52,519 nucleotides of DNA, from assembly GCA_002245135.1 (NCBI GenBank), contig NGBS01000920.1, positions 1 through 52,519 of the forward strand, read 5' to 3'. The DNA comes from Proteromonas lacertae (taxonomy: Eukaryota). Both the position numbers and the translations under genes were made by a program. Positions within the stretch are counted from its first letter, which is position 1. Each line of letters starts with the position of its first letter. This document shows positions 1 to 12,894 of the stretch, piece after piece. The notes under the pieces are model-generated. The model saw nothing but the letters and a program-made list of their open reading frames with translations. It was not told the origin of the DNA and ran no database searches.

Positions 1-915
1 ATTAATTATTTCTGTTATTCTTTCCAAGTATTCAGTCCAATAAACATCAGGATTATCAACCTTCATAGCTGCTATCTTTTCTTTAATGAATCTATTATAT
101 CTCTCCACTTTACCATTGCATTGTGGGTGTCTAGGCTTGCTATGCGCAATTATAATACCATATTTACTAAGCATATCTTTCATTAAAGCATTTTTGAATT
201 CTTTACCATTATCCATCTGCATAATTTCAGGAGGACCAAAGATTCTTATAAAAGATTGTACATTTTTCACTATTTCTTTATCTGTTTTGCGTTTCTGGGC
301 ATATAACATGATAAATTAGAGTAATGGTCGATGACAGTTAAGATATAATGGTAGAGATCTTCTTCTTTATGTTCGTGTAATCTTCATTACAATTGTCCAT
401 TTCTACAAGATCAATCAAACTCTTTCTCTAGGTCTTGTAACAACAATAGGATGTGTTGGTTGTACTCTTTTAGCCTCCTTAAGTTTAATACAATCATAGC
501 AGGTTGTCAAATAAGCTCTAATCATCTTTCTGTTAATACCATAATAACCATGAACTGGATCATTAATTACATCTCTTAAAGATGATTCTTTACAATGGGC
601 ATTATCTCTATGTAACTTGTCTAAGAAGTCGAATGAATCTTCCAATTTAATGACTTCTCTTCCTTTAAAATACAGTTTACCTGTAGATTCATCGCAAGTG
701 TAATAGCCTCTATTGGCTGAAGTTCCAGCTAAATCATGAAAGAACTTGTACTTATTCTTATCAAAAGCTGCACAATCACGTGTCTTTTTATTGCTCTTTC
801 CTTCGGCTTACCACCTTCTCTGGTTGGTCATTTTTTGCCAGTAACACCTTTATCTTCTCATAATAAAGAGTTTTATGATCGCTCTTTATGACGCTTTCTA
901 GATTTAGAATGTCAG
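1..915 (-). pseudogene. Retroviral-type (Ginger/Gypsy-like) DDE integrase/transposase, frameshifted, running off the window start
   Basis: HHCC zinc domain in ORF 415-645 (LHRDNAH...CYDC). Manual translation downstream through frameshifts gives IDLVEM...YILTVIDHYS...FGPPEIMQMDNGKEFKN...SKPRHPQCNGKVERYNRFIK, a complete rve core. No RT/gag seen. TGTAACA at 1063-1069 could be a Ginger-type TGT terminus. Confidence 0.85.
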
Positions 916-1394
916 CCTATGATAGAGATTATAATAGGAATATATAGAATGATATATATTTATAGAAATTATAGTAGAATAGCTTTTATAGATATTTTAC
1001 TGTGTTATTTTATAATACTCTTACCCCCCCCAAAAAAAATGATTTATTATTTAAGATGTAAGTGTAACAATATTTATAAAAATATATCTTCTTTTTTCTT
1101 TCTTTTGACTATTTTAAATTATACCAATGTAATAATTTACCAATCATTCATTACAATTGTTATATGTGTTGTATTATTATAGTAATCATTCAATACAATT
1201 TACCAATAATTCTTTTTATTTATATAAATTCTGATTATTGAAAATGTATTTTTCATTAATTTGGTATAATATTTCTAGAAGAAGAAAGAATAATTATCAT
1301 CTTATTTTACTATAATTCTTCTAAAACCATTATCAACACAATTCCACTTTAATTTTTTTATTTGTATTTTTCATTTAATTTCTTTTCTTTCTCA

Positions 1395-1715
1395 TATCAT
1401 ATTTTCAATCTTTGCTTCATCTTGGGCACCAACTACTATCTCATCATATTGATCTTCAAATCTTGCTAAATTCATTATAAAGATATTATCTAATGTAAAT
1501 GTCTTGGTTATTGCAATTATCTTTAAAGTTTTGAATTAATATTAAACTCTCTTTGAAATTATCAATCACTTCATAATATACTAGAATTTTCATAAACAAA
1601 GTCTCTTATACGTTTATAAATTGTATAAATATGGGATATGGAGTAATGGGTAGTTTGAATAACATCTCAGTATTTAATAATTCTTCTATCTTTTCATTCA
1701 ACTTTTGTTTATTGA
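1395..1715 (-). pseudogene. Axonemal dynein heavy chain fragments (DNAH10-like tail/linker), internally deleted
   Basis: Manual translation: LLNTEMLFKLPITPYP (~1630-1680) and KTFTLDNIFIMNLARFEDQYDEIVVGAQDEAKIE (~1405-1506). Both resemble dynein heavy chain segments (E-x-LF-x-LPIT-x-YP; TFTL-x-N-x-F-x-M-x-L...EIV-x-x-A-x-x-E-x-x-IE) as recalled. Confidence 0.7.
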
Positions 1716-1724
1716 ATATTTTCT

Positions 1725-4700
1725 ACTGGAAATGCCCAGTATCTACTGTTTGAGTTTCACCTGCTTCAATATCGATTTGGGTTGGTTCTATTGTGAATAT
1801 TCCATCATCATTTTTCATTGACAAATCAACTGTTGCAGAAAACATTCCATTATTACTGAATTAAATTGTTTCACAATTACTAGCTTTTAAAGATGGATTG
1901 TTTTCTCTCATATTTATGTTTTTGCCTATTAATAATTGACCAAATTCATAATATCCTTTGTTCTTTATTTATCTCTTACTTATTATTTGTTGTTCATTCT
2001 TTTGTTTTATTGATTTCATAAATATATCTTTCGGATTTTGATTAATTTTTGGATAATCACAAATACCACTGATTGGAACTTCATACGTTTTATCTTTATT
2101 AACTATCTCAAAGTGGAAACAATAGTTAAATTTACAAGTTTCTAATTATTCAAATGTCACTTTTAATGGCAATTCTTCATCAGGTTCTAATTTCCATCTT
2201 GTGGCATTATTTTCATCTATTAATTTATAATTACTTGTTGATATTAAGGGTTTTCTTGAATTTGCTTCTTAACTAATTGGAATACTACTGGAGGTGGAAC
2301 TTTCCAATCTCCATATGTATTAAACAATGGAACTGTTTCTTTGATTTCTTGAATTATTATATCAATATCACTTTCACCATTGTTATTGATTATATCACAT
2401 AATAAACCAACTCCAAATGGTGGTGGAGGAGGTGGTGGTGGTTTTCTTTTTTACATTTCTATGAGTTTTTATCTCCTTTCTTATCAATTGATTTACTTCT
2501 TTTTCCTCCTTTCTTTGGATCAGATAAAGCTGATCTTTCTTCTACTACTGGTTCTGGTTCTTCAGGTGGTGGTAATTCCACTGCCAATTTATCACCTACA
2601 TTTCTTACTTCAGTTTGAATTACATTATAATCTTTATATTATACAATAAGTTGGTACTCCTTGTACTTTGATTGGAATTGCTAAATCATATCTTCCATAA
2701 GGCAAATCAGATTTCGCTGTAAAACTAGCTGTAAATGTCACTGTTGAACTTTCTGGTAATCTTTTCACTTCATCTGGAGTTAATGTATATCCACTCTCTT
2801 TTAAAGTTCTTCTTTCTATTCCGAAATTCACTGGTAAATTACCTATGTTAGTTATTGTAAATGTCTTCGTCTTGCAATCAATTCGAACTACATTACCAAA
2901 ATCTACTACATAATAAGCTAATGGAAATTCACCTAAATGTAAATTAGATATTTTCTTATTCGCCATTTTTGTTGTTTTGCCTGTTTTATTACTGATATTT
3001 GTTAAACCAGTTTCAGGTGTTTTTGTGGTTTTATCAACTACTCCTTCACTTTTTGAACCATTTATTGATGTTCCATTTAATTCTTTCTCTTTTCGAGCTA
3101 AACATAAATCAACAGGATTTTGATTGTTTATTTCACCTAATAATTAATCAATATAATATAATCTTAATGCTTCAAATTCTCTATCAACTGTGATTTGTAA
3201 TCCTGTTGTATTCTTTCCTGAAGGTAATTTGTTCGTAATTGTTCGTATTTATCATTCTGTTGTGAATTCTTACTTCTGACAGAAACTGATTTTTGACTAT
3301 TTACTCTTGCAGAATACTGTTTCTTGTTTTCATCTTTTTCTTTTTCTTTACATTTTTCTTCTTCTGCATTTGTATTTGCTATAGTTGGTTCTTCACTATG
3401 TGGTGCTAATTCTCCTTCTAGTTTTGGTTCTGGTGGTAATTCTTTTAACCATGTGTTGGTGAATTAACTGGAACTCCATCTACAATTATTGGCTTTTCAG
3501 CTTCAACTGGTTTTTCTTTTTCTTCTTCTGTTGACGGTTGTTCTGGCTGTTGTTGTTGTCTTGCTTCTTCTCCTTCAGTATTTATAATAGTGTTATTATT
3601 ACTTTCATCTATTGAAGATTCCACTACTTCAGGTAAAGATGGTTGTTGTTTGATTGGTGATGGTAAAGCTGGAATGATAATGGATGTTCTGTATTGGATA
3701 ATTCAATCAATCTATCAGCTTCTTCTAAGTAGTATTCCCAATTATCTGGTATTCAGCATCATTCGCTTTGATATTTGCATAAATACCTGTTATATAAAGT
3801 AGAAAATCTATTGGAACATAATGAGCTATTTCTATTGCTAATTTCTCTATTACTGAATCTGGAATTCCTACTCTCATTTTAACAGAGATTCTTTGTTGAT
3901 CATGAGATGGAATTAATCCATTACATGGTGAAACACCAACTAAACCAGGTCGAGATACATTATCAGTTGAGATTTTAAATGGAAAATCTACTGAACCTGT
4001 ATTAAATATATGAAAATCTCTTTCTTCTACTTTCATATAAGGAATTCTACTAAAATCAATATGTTGTTTATCCAATCTATAAGATACTACAGAACTTTCA
4101 CCTTTCATTTTGATATTATAAACTGGTCCTCCATCTACATAACATTTACCCAATGCTCTTGATAATACATGTGGTATTCCAGAATATCTCAAATCCATTT
4201 CTTCACATTCACCTAGTTGTAAAATACCTTGAATTGGAGTGATTTCAAATACTTCATTGATTGGAGATGTTTGATTTTCAGTTTCATCTATTTCTAATTC
4301 CCAATGATCAGGACAAGGAATTGTTCGACGATTTTCAGTTGAAAATAATAATGTTTTTTGAGAATTATTCAATATACAACCAAAATCAAAATCATTTTGA
4401 GATAACCATAAATTGGGAAAGGCAACATCAGCTACACATGGAATTGAATCTTTCTGAGGATAATCTTCATATCTTATATTCAATATTCCATTTATTTTAC
4501 ATGAGATTTTATCATCTTTATAATTTGGATCAAATTCCACTGTCACATTCGTTGATTCATTTGGTTCTAAATGGAATTCATTCATACTCAATAATAATGG
4601 AGCTGCTACACTTATTATCACATCTAAACTCAACGTTGATATATTCTTAAATACAACTGTCTTACTTTGAACTTCGATTTTCTCTTCAGAACATTGAATT

Positions 4701-6155
4701 AATGGATTCATAAAGTTCACTTTTACTTCGGTTTCTTTTGCTTCATTATTTCTTATTTCTCCATCAAATTTCCTCAAACAAGAAAACATTTTCATCACTT
4801 CACAGGGTTTTTCACAACTTCCAGATGTTACAAAATTTCAAGCAGTATTGGGTTTTAATTCGATTGCATTGTGAGTTATAGTAAATATAGCTTCATAAGG
4901 TTTGAATTCATTTCACTTTCCATCTTTGATTTATTGGCTTTAAAAGATTTTTCTTTTTCTGCTGCAGTTTGATTTATCCAAGTTAATCTTTGACTTCTTA
5001 AACCTCGATTTTCTAATAAAAATACTCTTTCGATTGTTCTGTTTGTGAATTGATCACCAAAATTAATTACATCTACTGGATCTTCTCAAAATATTGCTGT
5101 TATTATACATTTAGCTGTAACTGGAAGAATTGCACTATCTCCTTCAGTTATTGCTATGTATATTGTATCTTTATAAGCTGATACATCTTCCAACATACAC
5201 CTAACTACTATCTTTTGAGATTCTTTACTTTGTAATATACCATCAACTATATCAGTATTAAAATAAAATCCTCGTTCAAAATCTAATTTATAAAAAGCTG
5301 GAATTGAAGTTGGATTAGTTATTGTAAATTCTTTTGTATGAGTATCTAAACAAGTTATATCACCAAATTTTATATGATTTAAAGTAGATTTTATCACTGG
5401 TCCAAGTCCATTTGCTTCTAATACTAATACCAATGGAGGATATTGACTGCCAATTATTTGAATATATAATGGAATTCTCATATCACCTAATTTCTCAGGA
5501 TTTAATTAAATTTTAATCATTTGAGTGCCATTGGTCCAATTACTTCTTTCATCTTGTTCTGTTTTCAAATTGAGCATATAAATTGGATTTATTCTTTAAT
5601 GTTAAAGTTCGATAATAAGTATATCTTAAATAATACCATATTTCAATGATTCTTCTAATAATTCTACTTCAGCTACTCGACATTCAGCACTTATTGGAAT
5701 TGTTAATAAAGCTTCACCTGCACTTTCAATATCAATTGCTAAACAATAATCATATACTTTTATTGTTTGAGATATGAAATTGATTTTGATTTTCTCTTCT
5801 CCTTTTGGTAATACTGTTGCTACTGCTCGAATTATTTCGAATTCTTTGTTTAAGTAATTACCATCTTGAGGAACTCGTAAATTGAATATAAATGGAACAG
5901 AGGAAGTATTTCTTAATATCAAATCAGTTGAGTTTAAAAATGCATAACTTACAATACCAAAATCTAGTTTATTCTTATTAAAGAAGAATGTTGGACCAAC
6001 TACATGTCCTTTTATTGTTAATACCACATTATTAGTTGCTCCTTTTAATGCAAATTCAAAATGATCACTAAATTCACCAAGAGTTGAACTTGTATAAGAT
6101 ACTTCGATTGTTACACTTTCTTCTATATCTAATTCACCTTGGTGGAGTAAATAGT
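1725..6155 (-). pseudogene. HYDIN: Hydin (central-pair ASH-repeat protein) pseudogene with stops, frameshifts and internal deletions
   Basis: ORFs 5626-6324 (3' part), 5086-5481, 3725-4798 and 2634-2966 carry Hydin-type ASH repeats (GEFSDHFEF...GHVVGPTFFFN...LDFGIVSYAF; FPNLWLSQNDFDFGCILNN; YVVDFGNVV...PIKVQGVPT). Manual translation near 1750-2210 gives TRWKLEP...GICDYPKINQNP...YEFGQLLIGK. Confidence 0.88.
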
Positions 6156-9100
6156 ACATTTGGTTTAATTGATCCTTCATTGGTAAGTGATACTTCAACC
6201 AATATCTATTCTCAGTATTTTCACATGTCTTTCCATAAGCGATATTTAAAATAAGCTTAAAAGTATCAGCATCAGCATCCCTTCCTTCTAACTTAGCTTG
6301 TCTTCTTAAGTTATGATTCATCATTACAAAATTATGTGCATAATTAGACTCTTTAAATCTGATAATTTTATGAATATGATGTATAACATAGTTATATTTG
6401 TTGTTAAATCACATACTATTTTAGGAACATTTGACTTTAACTTTTTGACTTTATATGGTTTATCAATATTATTTTTAACTTCTGAAACTAATCCTAAAGA
6501 CTCTGCCCATTTCTTTTGTATTTCAGATAAATTATCATAGTCAACTATTTTTCTTTCAGGTAACAAAGGATATTCAGCAAATTTTTTTCTTTCATCGCTA
6601 TTACTAGGAGGAGAAATATCTACTTCCAGAATATATCCATACATATTTTTATTAATCCATTCTGTATTGTAATATTTTTCTCTTTGTTCTTCATAGTAAT
6701 GTAATGATAATATTTTCTTTACATTTTCAGTAGTTGGTTCAATCCATTCAAATTCACTATATGGTAACTTCATGCTAGCCATAGTACTTGGATATAAACT
6801 ATTATAATCCATATACAAAATATATGTTTGATTATCTGGATCCTGTACTTCCTTTTTATTTTTCTCTTGCCATTGTGGTTGATAATGATTCCAAGACTCT
6901 GCATATCTCATACTACCAACCATAGAAATCCCACCTATTAATCCAGAATGTATAAAGTCATAAATATCAGAGTCACTTATTAAATCAATTTTTACATCAC
7001 AATTTTTAAGGAATATACTCCAAGATAAACCAGGTGAACTACAATGCCATAATGGATCCAAAGTAAAATTATTCCATATAACATCTCTAAAATGTTCAAA
7101 TACGCATGTTAAAGTAAGAACATCTAATCTGAGATAAAATAAATTGTAGTCCATTAAGTTATCACATTTAATAACTTTCCATAAAGCCTGACAACTAGCA
7201 TATTCAACATCTGTTACAGTATTATCATCTTTTAGCTTTGAATAGAATGCTTCTTTAGGAGGTAGTTCAAAAGTATTAAAATATTTAGATAATGAATCTA
7301 CATATTCATATGGAAAATATCCTTTAGATAAACACCATTTATGGATAAAAGCATCAATATTCATATCATGATCCAATTTGCCAGGAGCAGAATATTTTTT
7401 ATAAATATCTTCATATACATAACTGAAATATTTTTGATAATTTCCATTATCTCTTTTTGCTTGAGTATATAATGACTTTGTTAAAGAATCTAAAGAACTT
7501 GGTAAGAATTGATATGAGTCCATAAAGTATAATTTGTTGAACTTTATTAATAAAAATTTATTATCTGTTTTGGGTAATACTGATAACTGTGATTTATATT
7601 GTTTTTTGTTTTTATATTTTCTTATTTTGCCATCTTTACATTTAATAATTCTATAAGCAGATTGTTCATCTATTTCATCTATTACATCTTCTAATTCTAA
7701 CAATGCATTAACTTCTTCATTATTAATTTGGATTATTTCACTTTCAGCTTCTTGAGTTTCCATATCACTTAAAGAATCATGTAATGGACTCATACTGAAA
7801 TTATTATTATCATCTTTTTCTTCTTGTTTTTCTTTTCTTAAATTTTTCACATAATCTTTTATTTTATTTGCTGTTATAAAGCCATTAGTATAAGGAGGTA
7901 ATGGAGTAAATGTATCACTATCTTGATGTGGAACAGGAATAGAATTAGTATAACTAGTATTATCATCTTCTTCTTCAGTATCACTATCAGATTCAGTATC
8001 TGAAGCATAATTTACATTAGGATCAATATTATTTTCTTTACAAAATTCATCTCTTAACTTATTATCCCATCTGGACAATCCTCTAATAATGAAATTATTG
8101 TCATAATTTTTGGAATTATGAGCAATACAAGGGATTGGCATATTATTTAAACATACATGGAAGTTACAATTATTACATATTCTACCTATATATTGTCCAC
8201 TAAAGTGGTCGTGGTGTAAAACAGGTTTCTTATTCTTATTCCTATAATCAAATGGTTCTTTACAGTATATGCAATAATTCAATTTATTTTTAGGATCTTC
8301 TCTATTATATCCTATCATTTTTTCAGGATTTTTTAATTTTTCTTCATATAAATCTAATACATCTTTTTGTATTTCCATAAATTTAGCTATTAATCTATCC
8401 TCTAAATCTGTTTCATTATCTTTAGGTGTTTTAAAATCATACTCAATTTTATTAGGATATATATTAGGATATTTTGATACAACATATAAACACCAACTGG
8501 ATAATATATGCTTTGATAATATACCTTTCTCATTTAAAATTGGATCTGTTACTTTCTCCTGATAAACTTCAGTATCCCAATATATTACTATAGGTATTAA
8601 TTGCATATATTTAAAGTTCTTAAATTCTAATTGAATATTTTTCTCAGGGAAATTTCTTATAATACCTTTATGTTGTTGACAATTATATTTTTCATGTTGT
8701 ATTCTTTTTTCATCTGTTGATAATAAAGCAAAACCTGAGTTCGGCGGGGACAGGGACAAAAAGGACATGTCCGGGACATGTCCGGGACAAGAGTATGATA
8801 AAGGACAGTAATTTGTCCCTTTTGTAAACATTAGATATTACCTTTTTGTAATATAAATAAATTATGTGATTTTTTGTTTATTAAAACATTTATAAGTAAG
8901 AATAAAGATAATTAATAATAACATTGATAATCTGGACTACCTTCTTCACTTTGCTCATCATCTTCTTTACTTATTACTTCCACATTAGTAATTTCTCTAT
9001 TTTCATCTTCATCACTTCCTACATTTTGTTCTTATTCTCTCTTATTTCTCTCAACTAATTCATACTTTAATCTCATAATGTTATTAATAGTATCTAAGTT

Positions 9101-9935
9101 TAATCTATTTCTCCTGTATGAATGTATTACTCTTTCGATGGAGAAAATTCTCTCAATAAAAGAGCTTGAACATTAAACATGGTATTGTTGATATAATGTC
9201 ATAGATTTTCTTTAAATCTCTAAAGTATATTTCATATGTTGTAAAGCATATATCGGTTGAAATACTTTCGCGAAAAATGGAAGAAGGTGAATAATATATG
9301 ATATTAAAAATGCAAGAACTCGAGTTAATCAAGCATTTTTTCTTTTTTCTACTTTTTATTTGTATTTAATACAGGCATATTTTATAGTACAAATTAGTGC
9401 AATAATAAGCATGTATTATGTGAAGTTCTGTTATGTGATGAGTGTTTGTAAATGGGGATATTCTTCATTAAACTATACAGAGTTATCTAAGTGGTATAAG
9501 TGGGTTAAATATTATTCATAGATATAGCAAATATGGCTTAAATGGATTTTCAAAAGATATTATTTAGGATATACAAAAATGACTTGAGTATAGTATGTAA
9601 TACTTAATATTAAGCTTATTTAATGCTATTGCAGAATATTTTTATTAAAAAAACAGAAACTTAAACTCAAAAATATAGGACAAAAAAGGACGTGTTAAAC
9701 TACACGTCCCGGGACAAAGAGGACATGTGTAATCAACGAGAAGTTTTCGTGTATGTAAAGGACAAGGGACGGGACAAAACACAAAAATACGTCCCGTTGC
9801 CGAACTCAGAGCAAAACAATAATTACATCTAGGATAACCATTTTTACACTTCTTTCCTTTAGGTATTAATATTACATTTAATTTTGTAATAGTATAATAA
9901 TGTTTTTCATTATATAATAAATTTACAAGTGGATA
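6155..9935 (-). pseudogene. Polinton-type protein-primed DNA polymerase B remnant (truncated at both ends, interrupted by hAT element)
   Basis: ExoI YWDTE, endonuclease-VII-like CIYC...HHDHFSG...CNNCN, ExoII HNSKNYD, KGYFPYEY, motif A YMDYNSLYPS. Motif B KLILNIAYGK lies at the start of ORF 5626-6324. 9810-9935 encodes NEKHYYTI...RCNYCFA, which rejoins the frame across the hAT insertion. Confidence 0.93.
8735..9809 (-). mobile_element. Non-autonomous hAT DNA transposon (1075 bp)
   Basis: Perfect 11-bp TIRs CTGAGTTCGGC (8735-8745) / GCCGAACTCAG (9799-9809). 8-bp TSD AGCAAAAC (8727-8734, 9810-9817). Subterminal GGACA/GGGAC repeats at both ends. 9032-9172 (-) encodes the hAT dimerisation domain CSSSFIERIFSIERVIHSYRRNRLNLDTINNIM. 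Confidence 0.95.
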
Positions 9936-10575
9936 ATATATATATATAACCGTAAGAATATCACTGTATGTGGGTAAACCGTACCAGACTATTCTTAGGT
10001 GCCTTCTACAGGTAAGAATAAGCGATTTGAGTGTGAATTAGTTTTTGGTACGGGTTATACTGGAGCAAGTGGTGAATTTAAAATTGTGTATATATTTTAG
10101 TGTGATAATAAATTATGAGTCAAATTTTAATTTGATGTTTTCAATAGTTTTTAGCATAGGATAATAGAAATAAAGTGTTTAAATAGATAGTTAGCTACCT
10201 GTTCTACCCCGGCAGGGTAGCTACTTTATAGAATAAGAAATGTATTTCTATGTAAGTAAGTAGCGTGTCCTGTGTAGCCTAGCTAGGACTTAGTGATTAA
10301 ATAGTGTGGTGGCCAAGCTACAGAATAAGTTCTTACTTTTTTAGTTATTTTTTTCATTTATCAATTTATTAATGGATTTATATAGTGTAGTTAAAAACAT
10401 TCAAAAGAATTTAAATAGTGTCAAAAATATATATTTAAAGAATTATCTGCAGTATTCTATATTTTTTACTAAATCGAAATTCTGACGAGAAACTGTTGTT
10501 ATAAACAGAAAAAAGAAACAGTTTTGATTTTCCTGATATTTTTGAAAAACCTTTTTTTATCAAAAAAATATAAAT

Positions 10576-10950
10576 ATGTGTGCTTCAGTAAACTTTGCTT
10601 TCTTTTGTTCATTTAGAAATAGTGAAGATTATTTGGACAAGTGTATATGTGGAACATGTAAATTTTACTTATATTTTAACCATAATATAAGTGCAGTTTT
10701 AGATAGTCCATTACCTAAGGAAGAGATAAAGTCTTATAATGAATTCTGTGCTATTTGCCATCAAAAGATGTGGACAAAGTACAGTGATAAGAGATATTAC
10801 ATGATGCTTTTCGATATTAAACCATCAGTAAAACCAAGAGGATTAAATAGACATTATTTTGCAGTGTTTGATAAGTATATTGAGTGGTTAACACTACCTG
10901 AAGGAATGGGAAGTGTTCATTTGAAGAAGAATCCTATGTTGAAACATTAA
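10576..10950 (+). CDS. Hypothetical Cys-rich (possibly Zn-binding) protein
   Basis: 124-aa ORF with CICGTC and CAIC. An acidic tail continues in frame past the TAA to ~11056. Confidence 0.45.
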   Translation: MCASVNFAFFCSFRNSEDYLDKCICGTCKFYLYFNHNISAVLDSPLPKEEIKSYNEFCAICHQKMWTKYSDKRYYMMLFDIKPSVKPRGLNRHYFAVFDKYIEWLTLPEGMGSVHLKKNPMLKH

Positions 10951-11191
10951 GTAAAGAAGAATTATATATTTGATGATAGTGATGATGATGAGGAAGAAGA
11001 AGTACAAGAAGAAGTTAAAGGAAATAATGATCAAACTACGATAAACATAGTCTAAATTTTAAAAACGAATCTTTATCTTAAAATGATTTGGGACAGGGTT
11101 TAAAAATATGCGTAATTTAATAAAAATCACATAACATAATAAAAATATAATAAATTTTATAATAAACATAATAAAATAATCATAATAAAAG

Positions 11192-12018
11192 TTAAAAGAA
11201 ATCTGTAACACCTGTATCTATATAGTCTGTGAAGAATGTTTGCCTTGGTATTGCTAAATAATCTTGTTGAGGGTAACCATTTACTATTATATGTAAATTA
11301 GGTTGATTATTATCATTTTGTAATACATGACTTATTTCAAAATAAGGTCTATTAGTTAATGTATGATATGTATTCTTATCATTTGTAGCTCTTATAGGGA
11401 ATGATTTCCCACTGTATACTTGTAATACTTTATTATAGTATTGTTGTAATAAACCTTCTCTACCATGCTCAGCTTTTATAAAATTTTGAGGTTCAAGACC
11501 ATCACATCCTTCATAATTACATGTAAAACCATCATATAATTTTATCTTCATAAAGTTTTCAAACATTTCTATTTTAGTAGGTATTTTAAATGTATTAGCA
11601 TCACTATCTCATATACCATTAATTCTTCTTTTCGCTGTATAACTAGTATGTTGTTTATGTAAACAATAAGGTTTTGGTACTAAATTTCGAGGTATACGAT
11701 TAACTGTATTATTTATTGAATCACATAGTACAAGTACTTGTTTATTGATTATATCTTTTATTGATTTCAAATATTCTTCTAATTCTAATTTTTTGTATTT
11801 ACTTCTTTAGTAGTATTACTATTTATACTAGTTATTATACTTGATGTTATATCTACTTTATCTTCTGGTGTTATTGATGAAGGAGGTATAACAACTTTAG
11901 ATGCAATATCTGTTGCTAATTTAGCTTCATCAATTAGATTTATTTTATCAGCAATATCATTAGCTAATTTTGTTTGATCTATGTTTAAATCAATAGTTTG
12001 TCTATCCCCAATAAACAT
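11192..12018 (-). pseudogene. Putative fiber/spike-like virion protein of A, disrupted
   Basis: ORFs 11785-12018 and 11192-11566 join via a frameshift in an A-run near 11790 and one in-frame TGA near 11609. N-terminal repeat KLANDIA/KLATDIA. Same position downstream of the ATPase as 35958-36824 in B. Confidence 0.45.
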
Positions 12019-12062
12019 TTTTTGTATTAATAAACAATAAAATAACAAAATTAATAAAAACA

Positions 12063-12824
12063 TCAAGAAACTTCAGAATGGTCTTCAATCAATATATTGA
12101 AGTTAGCTCTAAACACTTTTTTAACATTATCAATATATAAGAAGTTATATTGTGGCTTAGTAACAGCTAAATATAACTCTTTAAATGTTTCATATTCAGG
12201 TATCCATATATTCAATGAGTTGTATAAGTCAAACAAATTTCTATTACTCAATCCATAAAATGTTAAACAATAATCTACTTGTGATCTTGCTGAAGGTACT
12301 ATATCAGTAATATATTGACTACTAATTATAATTTTTGATTTTAAATGTCTATTTTCTTTCATTAATACTGGTATGATATTAGCTGTTTTCAACTCTAAAC
12401 TAAGATCATCAAATATTATAATATGTTCTGCATACTCAAAATTATCTTTGTTTGTATCATCAATTGATTTCATTAACTTCTCTACTAAATTATCTCCTGA
12501 GTAAGGTTCAAATAATGAATCATTTTCATCATAACTAATTTCATTATAATCTAATAACTCTTTAATTGAATCATATATCCTATCTTGTTTAATTGTGCCT
12601 ACGAAAAAATGTACATGTTGTTTTTTCTTATATTTTGGATCTATAATATGTCTTAATATATTGTATATCAAAGTAGTTTTCCCACTGTTCTTACGAGCTA
12701 CAATAAATATATTGCAGAAAGGCTCATTAAAGTAATCATAACCCAGAATTTTCTTAGGATCAAAAGACTCACCACCATCAACAGGTTCAATTTGTATATT
12801 ATTTATTTTTTCAAATTTAAACAT
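12063..12824 (-). CDS. A32-like (FtsK/HerA) DNA packaging ATPase, element A
   Basis: Walker A variant ARKNSGKTT, Walker B IIIFDD, Arg finger ENRHLK, sensor ISSQY. Confidence 0.92.
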   Translation of the reverse strand: MFKFEKINNIQIEPVDGGESFDPKKILGYDYFNEPFCNIFIVARKNSGKTTLIYNILRHIIDPKYKKKQHVHFFVGTIKQDRIYDSIKELLDYNEISYDENDSLFEPYSGDNLVEKLMKSIDDTNKDNFEYAEHIIIFDDLSLELKTANIIPVLMKENRHLKSKIIISSQYITDIVPSARSQVDYCLTFYGLSNRNLFDLYNSLNIWIPEYETFKELYLAVTKPQYNFLYIDNVKKVFRANFNILIEDHSEVS

Positions 12825-12894
12825 AGTACGTGTATTTATTATGTAGTGAGAAATCAAAAAATAAAAATAGAAGTCAATAATAAAGTATTATTAC

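Noticed and set aside
7590..8070. Intein in the pPolB remnant
   Set aside because: No C/S start, no HN-C/S/T end and no LAGLIDADG motifs; low-complexity acidic composition.
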